32,000 nucleotides of DNA from Methanothermobacter marburgensis str. Marburg (GTDB lineage: Archaea; Methanobacteriota; Methanobacteria; Methanobacteriales; Methanothermobacteraceae). The position numbers were made by a program, and so were the translations under genes. Under the pieces are notes generated by a model. It worked only from the letters and a program-made list of their open reading frames with translations. It had not been told where the DNA came from and searched no databases. This document shows, piece after piece, positions 10,516 through 18,313 of this stretch. The stretch spans positions 1,230,001 to 1,262,000 of the forward strand of contig NC_014408.1 of the NCBI RefSeq assembly GCF_000145295.1. Direction: 5' to 3'. Every line of letters starts with the position of its first letter. The stretch's first letter is position 1.

Positions 10516-11424
10516 CTACCTTCCCCCCACAGGTACCGCGAGGTCCTTCCCGGATGAGAACACAGCCTCAGGGTAGTAACGCTCTATCATGTCCCTCACA
10601 AGCACAACCTGCCTTATCCTCTCACGGGCCTGTGACTCTGTGGTGTCCCATCCATGGTGTCCCGCCACAGATCCCCCTGTTTTGAGGTAAACCGGGGATG
10701 CATACCTTATTATATCAGGGACCTCGTAGTGCCTTATGAATCCACCGGATGACTTGGGGTTCTCTGTGTGGACATCGATGGAAATGTCAATGGCCTCCCT
10801 TATTGCTGCAAGCATGGGTATCTGGAGGTCCCTCACAGGGTTGAGGGAATCGGCGCCTATATCCTGAAGGAGCCGTGCTGATGCAGGGTTACCGTGCCCG
10901 CAGTGGGCTGAGACCTTGAAGTGGAGGTCCGCAGGTATTTCACCGTCGCCTCGCATCCTCCCAAGAACCCAGAGGAGTCCCTCGTCGTAGACCACTATGC
11001 CCCTCACACCGAGTTCAGCAGCCCTCCGAACATCCTCAACCGCATAAACCAGGTTGTCGTATCCCCTGAGCCTGTAACCTATCCTTGAACCCTCGGGTGT
11101 CCTTGCAGATGCACTTGTATCATAGGTTGCTCTGGGACCCACACTCAGGAAGAGTTCTATGTCTGCTTCACGGGCCAGTTCAGCCATCTCCTCAATCTCA
11201 CCGTCGGTGAGGAGCATTATACCCTTCGTCTGGGTTACCCTGTGGACCCTGACGTCATGTTCTTCCATGGCATCCAGGAGGGCCCTCATGGCCCCGGGTC
11301 TCTGTATCCCGGGGACCTCAAAGCGGTACTGTCCGCCGTCACTGAATCTCTTCTCTGATTCACCTTCGGGGACTCCTATTCCGATTCTATCAAGGTATCT
11401 GCGGGTTTTTTCCAAACTTTTCAC
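10516..11424 (-). CDS. Conserved-looking protein of unknown function (alpha/beta, possibly TIM-barrel metallo-lyase-like)
   Basis: 302-aa ORF with good coding character. A GGAGGTGA sequence overlaps the GTG at 11424, so the TTG at 11415 may be the real start. The weak motifs ..RFSDGGQ.. and ..SAHCGHGNPASARLLQDIGAD.. are discussed under findings. No confident family assignment. Confidence 0.6.
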   Translation of the reverse strand: MKSLEKTRRYLDRIGIGVPEGESEKRFSDGGQYRFEVPGIQRPGAMRALLDAMEEHDVRVHRVTQTKGIMLLTDGEIEEMAELAREADIELFLSVGPRATYDTSASARTPEGSRIGYRLRGYDNLVYAVEDVRRAAELGVRGIVVYDEGLLWVLGRMRGDGEIPADLHFKVSAHCGHGNPASARLLQDIGADSLNPVRDLQIPMLAAIREAIDISIDVHTENPKSSGGFIRHYEVPDIIRYASPVYLKTGGSVAGHHGWDTTESQARERIRQVVLVRDMIERYYPEAVFSSGKDLAVPVGGR

Positions 11425-11521
11425 CTCCAGTTTTAATTATGCCCTTTAATCAGTAGCCCAGAGGAGTGTTCTGAGCATATCTCAATCAAGCCAGTATCAG
11501 GCAAGAGCTCCGCCCAATGTA

Positions 11522-12817
11522 TCAGTCAAGGATCTCAGAGATTATCTCGGAGATACTCTCTGACCATGCCTCCCTCAGGATATCCAGTTTATCTATCCTG
11601 TAATCCGGGTTCAGGAGTGTGAACTTCTCAAGGATGTCCTCCCAGGTGTAGGGGTCCTCTGGCTCCCCTGATGGGAGTTCTCTGAAGGCTGTGTGGACAC
11701 TGCCATCCCTCAGTCTCACTGTAACACGTGCAGGTCTCCTGTTCTTCATTTCCTGCATCTCTGGGTCTACCATTATTCTGATCTTTGATGCGGTCTCCAT
11801 GACATCAGGGGCCATCTCAAGGTCCTCAACCCTAAGATCCCCTTTCTCAAGGATTATGGCCAGTGAAACAGGCAAGCTCTGCCTCACCGCCTCAACCGTT
11901 CCCGGGGAATAGCTGTTGTGTTCTGCTGCAATATCATATGTCTCCACGAGGACCTCATCTATCTCTGATGCGGAGAATCTGGTCATTCCAAGTATTTCAA
12001 GGGCGCAGTCAAGGGTGGAGTGAAGGTGCCTGCAGACAGGGTACCTCTTGAGGTAAACGTCTCCTATGTGAAATACACCAGTTTCAGGTACCTCTGATGG
12101 GGGCTGGCACATTGCATTGAGGAACCCCTCCTTTCCCTCAATTATGGACTCTGCCCCTGTGAAACCCTCCAGTGCAAGCTTTGCAGATATGAGTCCTGAC
12201 TGGGCCGCCCTCCCGGCGTGCAGGTGCTTGCCCATTGAGCCGGCATGGTCTGATTCAAGGAGTCCTGCTGCCTGGGTCCCTGCAAGTCCCAGTGCATTGA
12301 CTGTCTCCTCACAGTCAAGGCCCATTACGCTGGCTGCGGCTGCGGCGGCCCCAAATGTGCCACAGGTACCTGTGGTGTGGAAGCCCCTCTTCCTGTGGCC
12401 GGGGTTTGCGAGGAGGCCCATGAAGATGGCCACCTCATAACCTGCCACAACCCCTGCTATGAACTCCCTGAACTCTGCATCCAGGGCCTCTGCAGCTGCG
12501 AGGGCCGCGGGGATCACGCATGCACCTGGATGCATCTGGGCCCCCCTGTGGCCGTCATCAAGGTCAAGGTTATGGGCAAATATGCCATTGAGAAGCGCCG
12601 CCCTTTCATCAGAGCCCCTTCCATGGCCTATGACCGTCGAATTTCCCTCACCGGTGCCCAGTGCCCTGAGTGCCAAAAGACCGCTCCTCTCCCCTGAACC
12701 CCTGAGTGAGACGCCCAGAAAGTCCAGGACGCATATCTCTGCCCTTTCAATGATCTCAGGAGGGAGGTCCCTGTATGAGAGTGATGATACAAATTCTGCA
12801 AGCCTTCCTGTCATCAT
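11522..12817 (-). CDS. MmgE/PrpD-family protein (2-methylcitrate-dehydratase-like)
   Basis: ORF track 11522..12871. The family-typical N-terminus is ..LAEFVSSLSYRDLPPEIIERAEICVLDFLGVSLRG... I place the start at the ATGATG at 12817/12814. The 18 upstream codons are AT-rich and contain TTATATTTAAA about 30 nt before that ATG, which suggests a leaderless-type promoter. Confidence 0.85.
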   Translation of the reverse strand: MMTGRLAEFVSSLSYRDLPPEIIERAEICVLDFLGVSLRGSGERSGLLALRALGTGEGNSTVIGHGRGSDERAALLNGIFAHNLDLDDGHRGAQMHPGACVIPAALAAAEALDAEFREFIAGVVAGYEVAIFMGLLANPGHRKRGFHTTGTCGTFGAAAAAASVMGLDCEETVNALGLAGTQAAGLLESDHAGSMGKHLHAGRAAQSGLISAKLALEGFTGAESIIEGKEGFLNAMCQPPSEVPETGVFHIGDVYLKRYPVCRHLHSTLDCALEILGMTRFSASEIDEVLVETYDIAAEHNSYSPGTVEAVRQSLPVSLAIILEKGDLRVEDLEMAPDVMETASKIRIMVDPEMQEMKNRRPARVTVRLRDGSVHTAFRELPSGEPEDPYTWEDILEKFTLLNPDYRIDKLDILREAWSESISEIISEILD

Positions 12818-12882
12818 TGATGCTACTATGTTGCCTTTAAATATAACAGTGATTGTTATAAAGTTTCCCATTTTTTATTAAT

Positions 12883-12966
12883 TCAGAGGGATAACAGCCC
12901 CCAGAAATTCCCATCCTCTACCTAAACCCCTCAGAAGGGTAACAGCCACCAGAAATTCCCATCCTC
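12883..12966. repeat. 36-bp imperfect direct repeat (33/36 identical) at the 3' end of tiaS
   Basis: Copy A, 12883-12918: tcagagggataacagcccccagaaattcccatcctc. Copy B, 12931-12966: tcagaagggtaacagccaccagaaattcccatcctc. The period is 48 bp. Copy B encodes the last tiaS codons, and copy A starts right at the stop codon. Confidence 0.9.
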
Positions 12967-14207
12967 ACAAGCTGCTTTGATAGGTGTCTTCTGGCGCAGG
13001 TGGGGACCTCATAGTAGCCCTCCCTCAGTGGCCTCTCAAGTACCCTCTTAACCTTTCTGGAATTTCTTACCCTCCGCCCGCATGAGGGACACTTGAACCC
13101 CTTATTCCTGCCTGCGGATTTCATTCGCCTGCCACATGTACAGAGGGGATTTTCCTCTACGTAGAGTTCAGCGGCCCTCTCAAGGTGTATCTTTTCAATG
13201 TTAAGTGTCCCCTGGGCCCCGATACCCCCATAAACGGTGACCCTGTCCCCGGGTATGAGTTCAAGGATGACCTTCCTGAAGTCCTTTGTTGGCTCATAGG
13301 CACCGCATTCGATTTTGCCGGAGTCGTCGCCAAGGGTGAAGAATACGTGGCCCCCCTCAATCACCCTTGGGCTGTCAAGCACCTCACCGCTGATGCGGTA
13401 GCAGCCGAATGTCTCCATCTCAGCTATGCTGCCTGCATCCTGAATGTGCTGGTCTGTGTGCTGGTTTGTCTCGAAGATGCAGAACCTCTCTATCTCCTCA
13501 TAGACACGAACCATCTCCATGGCCCTCAGGAGAACCTCAGGGGATTCGCCGCGTATACCATAGAGTATTGGGCAGGGTGTATGGGGCTCTATTGCAATGT
13601 AGTCACCATCAACGTTGTCAAAGGTCTCACCGCCTGTTTCAGCGTCCATGAGCCTCACAGATTCAGGGTCTATCTGGCGGGGTTTTCCGTAGTTCTCAGG
13701 GACCCTGTAGGTGAGAAGTTCATATGTCCTGTCCTCAAGGGGGCAGCCGATGGCTGCAAGGGCCCCTATGACCCCCCTCCCCCTTTTGAATCCATGAACC
13801 TCTGCCCCCACCTCCTCTGCAACCCTCCTGGCATCTTCAATTTTGAGTATTCTCCTTATGGCTGATATGGCAAATTCCCTCATGGAATCTGTGATCTCAC
13901 CGGTATAGAAGACCACCCCAGGGTTTGTCCTCTCATTATCAAGCTCCGCGAGTTCCTCAACACTGCGAATGACGATATCCCTGATATCATCCATTTCATC
14001 CTCTGATTCGGCCCTCACGGTGAATGCCACCGCACCGTTACCCCGGGTCTTGTGGGGTGCAAAGGGGTTAAGTCTTATGAGCCGCGGGTAACCCTCAGTG
14101 GTGAAACCGCAACTTTTAAGTTCATGGATTATAAAGCATGATATATAGGTTGTGCACATCCCATCGGGGGAATCGGTATCATCTATACCCACATGAATTC
14201 TGTACAT
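12918..14207 (-). CDS. tiaS: tRNA(Ile2) 2-agmatinylcytidine synthetase TiaS
   Basis: 429 aa. It has the hallmark N-terminus MYRIHVGIDDTDSPDGMCTTY, a central OB-like part and a C-terminal zinc ribbon (CTCGRRMKSAGRNKGFKCPSCG). Confidence 0.9.
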   Translation of the reverse strand: MYRIHVGIDDTDSPDGMCTTYISCFIIHELKSCGFTTEGYPRLIRLNPFAPHKTRGNGAVAFTVRAESEDEMDDIRDIVIRSVEELAELDNERTNPGVVFYTGEITDSMREFAISAIRRILKIEDARRVAEEVGAEVHGFKRGRGVIGALAAIGCPLEDRTYELLTYRVPENYGKPRQIDPESVRLMDAETGGETFDNVDGDYIAIEPHTPCPILYGIRGESPEVLLRAMEMVRVYEEIERFCIFETNQHTDQHIQDAGSIAEMETFGCYRISGEVLDSPRVIEGGHVFFTLGDDSGKIECGAYEPTKDFRKVILELIPGDRVTVYGGIGAQGTLNIEKIHLERAAELYVEENPLCTCGRRMKSAGRNKGFKCPSCGRRVRNSRKVKRVLERPLREGYYEVPTCARRHLSKQLVRMGISGGCYPSEGFR

Positions 14208-14218
14208 TAAATCACCCG

Positions 14219-15163
14219 GTGATCCAGTTGGATAAATCTGTTAAAAGGGAAGATGTATTAAGGGTGATACATGAACTTCTTATCAGCAACGGATTTGAAA
14301 CATCCCACATATATGAGAGGAGCTGCTTTGACCTCATGGCCAGGAGGAAGCTCCTTCTACTTCTGCTTAAGGTCCTTGTGAACATTGATGGTATAAATAG
14401 TTTGCAGGCCCATGAGATAAAAACCCTTGCACACACGTTCCTGGCATCACCACTTCTCATCGGTATAAGGTCAAAGACAGAGTACCTTGAGGAGGATGTT
14501 GTCTATGAGAGGCACGGTATTCCGGTCATTGCCCCTGAAACCTTCAGGAACATGGTGGTTGATGGGGAGTACCCTGAGGTTATAGCTGACCGGGGCGGTT
14601 ACTATGTGCAGATAGACGGAAGAACCCTAAGGGAGGTCCGTGAGGAATACAACCTCTCACTCAAGGACCTTGCAGACCTTGCCCACGTATCCCGCAAGAC
14701 CATCTACAAGTATGAGAATGGGCTTGCAAGGGCCTCGCCTGAAACAGCCATGAAACTCGAGGAGATACTCAACATAAGGATAACACTCTCAATTGACATC
14801 TTAAGTGTCCCTGAGAGGGATGAAGTTGAAATAAGGCCCAGGGGAAGGCTGGGTGATATTGGGTTTGGAATGATTGAAACCCAGAGGACACCCTTTGATG
14901 CCGTTGCAAAGGAACTGAAATTTGAGAGTACCGTCATAACGGACCTTGAGAAGGGGAGGGATTCAAGGACCCTCAGGAGGATGGCTGTGCCGCTGCGGGA
15001 CCTGTCACTTGTAAGCGGTTCAGAATCCGTTTTTATAATTGACAATCCCCGTATAAGTGAGAACCTGGATGGCGTGCCTGTTATCAAGAGCTGGGAGATA
15101 GGTGAAATGGAGAGCAGCAGGGACTTCCTGAAGGTGATAGCGGAAAGGAAGACCTGCAGCTGA
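14219..15163 (+). CDS. Archaeal putative HTH-type (XRE-like) transcriptional regulator
   Basis: ORF track 14138..15163, whose 5' end overlaps tiaS. The HTH segment is LSLKDLADLAHVSRKTIYKYENG, and the N-terminal ..LLISNGFETS...SCFDLMARRK.. block is typical of this archaeal family. The start is probably the GTG at 14219; TTG at 14228 and GTG at 14264 are alternatives. Confidence 0.78.
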   Translation: MIQLDKSVKREDVLRVIHELLISNGFETSHIYERSCFDLMARRKLLLLLLKVLVNIDGINSLQAHEIKTLAHTFLASPLLIGIRSKTEYLEEDVVYERHGIPVIAPETFRNMVVDGEYPEVIADRGGYYVQIDGRTLREVREEYNLSLKDLADLAHVSRKTIYKYENGLARASPETAMKLEEILNIRITLSIDILSVPERDEVEIRPRGRLGDIGFGMIETQRTPFDAVAKELKFESTVITDLEKGRDSRTLRRMAVPLRDLSLVSGSESVFIIDNPRISENLDGVPVIKSWEIGEMESSRDFLKVIAERKTCS

Positions 15164-15182
15164 ACCCTACTATCATCAGCTT

Positions 15183-15476
15183 TCAGTAGTAATCCCACAC
15201 CGTGACCTTCCAGTCCCTGATTTCGCTTGCATAAACCGCGATGCAGTATTCACCAGGGCCTCCCTCAACCTCAAGTATCCTCTTTTTCCTTGCAGATGAC
15301 TCAGTGGCTCCCCAGTCCACGGTATCAGTGGCAACGGTGTATCCATCCCTGAGGACATCCACGGTGATGCTGTTCACATCGTAATTCACCAGAGGAGCCG
15401 CTGAAAAAACAACTCGTAGCCTGTTGCCCATGATGTTAATGTAGCGGTAATCCGATTCGGACCCTGTGAATGTCAT
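15183..15476 (-). CDS. Small beta-rich protein (97 aa), distal half of a split or coupled ORF pair
   Basis: This is the in-frame C-terminal part of the 170-aa track ORF, starting MTFTGSESDYRYINIMGNRLRVVF.... Its ATG overlaps the stop of the upstream 58-aa ORF (TCATGA). The N-terminal 73 codons of the 170-aa ORF look out-of-frame (Cys/Arg/Gly junk). Confidence 0.5.
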   Translation of the reverse strand: MTFTGSESDYRYINIMGNRLRVVFSAAPLVNYDVNSITVDVLRDGYTVATDTVDWGATESSARKKRILEVEGGPGEYCIAVYASEIRDWKVTVWDYY

Positions 15477-15649
15477 GACCCTGTGCCAGCCGGGGCCTGA
15501 GGAGCCCCACCTTCTGTATCGCCGGTGATGGTCATATTGTAGTACTGATCCCCGCCGCGGGGTGACTTGAGGAACATGCCTGAGATAAAGCCCAGGGCCC
15601 CTATTAGAATAAAACAGATTACAACAAGCACCTTTGTCGCAGTATCCAT
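15473..15649 (-). CDS. Small membrane-anchored protein (58 aa), proximal half of a split or coupled ORF pair
   Basis: Track ORF 15473..15655. The ATG at 15649 is preceded by GGGGTG 5 nt upstream. There is a clean N-terminal TM/signal-anchor helix (KVLVVICFILIGALGFISGMFL) followed by a Gly/Pro/Ala-rich tail. Confidence 0.5.
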   Translation of the reverse strand: MDTATKVLVVICFILIGALGFISGMFLKSPRGGDQYYNMTITGDTEGGAPQAPAGTGS

Positions 15650-15705
15650 AACCACACCCCATAAACTGACATGAGGGGAGTTTATTCATGAACAATGGAA
15701 TGTGT

Positions 15706-15729
15706 CCTTTAACATGTTAAATGTTAAAG
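15706..15729. promoter_or_regulatory. AT-rich palindromic motif (candidate operator or hairpin)
   Basis: The sequence cctttaacatgttaaatgttaaag contains the perfect 12-bp palindrome ttaacatgttaa and 9-bp inverted arms ctttaacat/atgttaaag. Its first 20 nt recur, split by 18 nt, at 22899-22936. Confidence 0.35.
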
Positions 15730-15814
15730 CATTAACCTCTATTTTACGATTTCATTCCTATAGAAAATATTAAATATGATGATGGGTGGGGGAGGTTATG
15801 CTCCAGAGGCAAGA

Positions 15815-16552
15815 TCATAACCTGAAGAGTTCCCCGAATGTCTCCTTCACTTCAATAGCAGATGCCGCGCCCACAGTGACCATGTCAACGTAGTCAGCAC
15901 CCCCAAGGAATTTAAAGGCCTCCCCAGGTGAGAGTATCCCAGCTGCAAGTACCTTCTCGGCAACAACAACCTTTCCAAGTTCAAGGAGCAGATCCCTGAG
16001 TTTTGCCCGTTCCTCCTCAAGGAAAACCGGGAAATCCATCATATAACCCAGCCTGTTGAGGGGTATCATGTAAAGCTGGAAGTTATCAACCCCCTCATCA
16101 ATGAGCCGCCTGGTGGTGGCCCCAGGCATTGTGGTTATGAGGCCGGATATGACCTCAATTTCATCAAGGATCCCGGCCACCTCAACGGCTGGTAGAAGAT
16201 CCGTGTAGTGCTCATCAAGAAGAACCGCCACCGCACCAAGATCCATGAGGGTCCCGAGGTCCTCCTCAAGGCGCCCCTCCCGAACTGTGCCCATGAGTCT
16301 GAAACTGCACCCGGCATCAACTGCCATTTCAAGTGCCTCAAGCACAGAGCCCTCAGGAATGATCTGAAATCCCCTCACACCCGCGTCATATGCCCCCATG
16401 AGCACCTCCGCAATGTTTTCAGGTCTCCTTTTGAGGTCCATCTCATACAGCCGTGAGCGGTGCCCAAAGTAGGGTGCCGCGGTGAACGGTGCGCTTCCCA
16501 GGAATGCCTCCGGGAGCTCAACTCCATCAACAGTAACTGAACCAGTGAACAT
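15815..16552 (-). CDS. Protein of unknown function (alpha/beta fold likely)
   Basis: ORF track 15815..16615. Coding character is good and no motif is recognised. I prefer the ATG at 16552 (MFTGSVTVDG...) because GGAGGA lies 7 nt upstream and an ATTATAATAT element at 16579-16588 would exclude the upstream ATGs at 16615 and 16567. Confidence 0.65.
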   Translation of the reverse strand: MFTGSVTVDGVELPEAFLGSAPFTAAPYFGHRSRLYEMDLKRRPENIAEVLMGAYDAGVRGFQIIPEGSVLEALEMAVDAGCSFRLMGTVREGRLEEDLGTLMDLGAVAVLLDEHYTDLLPAVEVAGILDEIEVISGLITTMPGATTRRLIDEGVDNFQLYMIPLNRLGYMMDFPVFLEEERAKLRDLLLELGKVVVAEKVLAAGILSPGEAFKFLGGADYVDMVTVGAASAIEVKETFGELFRL

Positions 16553-16653
16553 CACATCTTCCTCCATGACACCAATAATTATAATATACCCTACCTCTAT
16601 AGATTCCTCTATCATTCTATAAAGATCTTCATTGTGATAAGTGTGGTGAAATT

Positions 16654-18231
16654 ATGCCAGAGATGAAAGTGCTTATTGCTGATTCCATCAACGAAAAGGG
16701 AATATCTGAACTTGAAGAGGTGGCGGAGGTTGTGGTTAACACAACCATAACACCCGAGGAGCTCCTTGAGGCCATAAAGGACTTCGATGCCATAGTTGTC
16801 AGGAGCCGGACCAAGGTCACTAGGGAAGTCATAGAGGCAGCCCCCCGCCTCAAGATAATCGCAAGGGCGGGTGTGGGCGTTGACAACGTGGATGTTAAGG
16901 CCGCCACAGAGAGGGGTATAATGGTCATAAACGCCCCGGAGTCAACATCCATAACAGTTGCCGAACATTCAATAGGCCTCATGCTGGCCCTCGCAAGGAA
17001 GATCTCCCTTGCAGATAAATCAGTCAAGGAGGGTAAATGGGAGAAGAACAGGTTCATGGGTATAGAGCTAAACGGCAAAACCCTCGGTATAATAGGTATG
17101 GGCCGTATAGGTTCACAGGTTGTTGTGAGGACAAAGGCCTTCGGAATGGACATACTGGTATATGACCCCTATATAAGCAGGGAGGCCGCCGAGGAGATGG
17201 GTGTGACCGTCACAGACCTTGAAACACTCCTAAGGGAATCCGACATTGTGACCATACACGTACCCCTCACCCCTGAGACAAAACACCTCATCTCAGAGGA
17301 TGAATTCAAACTGATGAAGGAAACCGCATTCATAGTTAACTGTGCCCGTGGAGGTATAATCGACGAGGAAGCCCTCTACAGGGCCCTCAGGGATGGTGAA
17401 ATAGCAGGGGCGGCCCTCGACGTATTCGAGGAGGAGCCCCCGGAGGGCAGTTCACTGCTTGAACTTGAGAACGTTGTTCTCACACCACATATAGGTGCCT
17501 CAACAGCTGAGGCCCAGAGGGACGCCGCAATAATAGTTGCAAATGAGATAAAAACAGTCTTTCAGGGGGGTTCACCCAGGAACGTCCTTAACATGCCAGT
17601 GATGGACCAGGAAACCTACAAGTCCCTCAGACCCTACACCGAGATCGCAGAGAAACTGGGCAGCATCATCACACAGGCCCTCCCGGGCAACATAGAGAAA
17701 CTGGATGTCACCTACTGCGGTGAACTTGCAGATATGCAGTTCGATATCCTCACAAGGACCATGCTGCAGGCCATCCTCAACCCCATACTCACAGAACCTG
17801 TGAACCTCATAAATGCACCGGCAATTGCAAAGAAGAGGGGTATCGTGGTTACAGAGGCCCGCAGGTCAGAGGCTGACGGCTACAGGTCCATCATAATGGT
17901 AAGGGCTGTTTCTGACAGGGGAGAGTTCAGCGTGGATGCCACCCATATCAAGGAGCCCACAATAATCGGTATCAACGGCTACAGGGTGGATGTGAAGCCA
18001 GAGGGGACAATGATAATAGCACGCTACAGGGACCTCCCCGGTACCATAGGGGCCATCGGCACCAAGCTGGGCGAGCACCAGATAAACATAGCCACCATGC
18101 AGGTGGGAAGGAAGGAGATCGGTGGCGAGGCCGTCATGGTCCTCAAGGTTGACCAGAGTGTCCCCTCTGAGGTCATAGACGAGGTCAAGAAGCTTGATAA
18201 CGTGGACGATGCTGTTGCAATAGAAATATAA
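16654..18231 (+). CDS. serA: D-3-phosphoglycerate dehydrogenase
   Basis: 525 aa. It has the 2-hydroxyacid dehydrogenase NAD site [12 protein letters not shown], the catalytic ..NCARGG.. and ..TPHIGAST.. blocks, an intervening domain and a C-terminal ACT domain. A GGTGA RBS lies before the ATG. Confidence 0.95.
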   Translation: MPEMKVLIADSINEKGISELEEVAEVVVNTTITPEELLEAIKDFDAIVVRSRTKVTREVIEAAPRLKIIARAGVGVDNVDVKAATERGIMVINAPESTSITVAEHSIGLMLALARKISLADKSVKEGKWEKNRFMGIELNGKTLGIIGMGRIGSQVVVRTKAFGMDILVYDPYISREAAEEMGVTVTDLETLLRESDIVTIHVPLTPETKHLISEDEFKLMKETAFIVNCARGGIIDEEALYRALRDGEIAGAALDVFEEEPPEGSSLLELENVVLTPHIGASTAEAQRDAAIIVANEIKTVFQGGSPRNVLNMPVMDQETYKSLRPYTEIAEKLGSIITQALPGNIEKLDVTYCGELADMQFDILTRTMLQAILNPILTEPVNLINAPAIAKKRGIVVTEARRSEADGYRSIIMVRAVSDRGEFSVDATHIKEPTIIGINGYRVDVKPEGTMIIARYRDLPGTIGAIGTKLGEHQINIATMQVGRKEIGGEAVMVLKVDQSVPSEVIDEVKKLDNVDDAVAIEI

Positions 18232-18263
18232 GTCTACCAACAATTAGACCCCTAAAAAATCCC

Positions 18264-18304
18264 TTTATTTATTTTATAGCTAGACCCAATAATCCCAGAA
18301 AAAA
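18264..18304. terminator. Convergent oligo-T terminators (serA on + strand, JAMM gene on - strand)
   Basis: tttatttatttt at 18264-18276 on the + strand follows the serA stop. An A6 run at 18299-18304 (T6 on the - strand) lies 10 nt after the stop of the 18314 gene. Archaeal terminators are oligo-T tracts. Confidence 0.5.
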
Positions 18305-18313
18305 CATCCCTTT

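Noticed and set aside
15477-15695. N-terminal 73 codons of the 170-aa ORF 15183..15695
   Set aside because: The Cys/Arg/Gly-rich sequence looks out of frame. The overlapping frame encodes a clean TM helix with a GGGGTG RBS, so I split the region into two ORFs instead.
16629-17153. 174-aa minus-strand ORF
   Set aside because: It is antisense to the serA N-terminal domain. It is Ser/Thr/Met-rich with no motif, whereas serA has clear dehydrogenase signatures.
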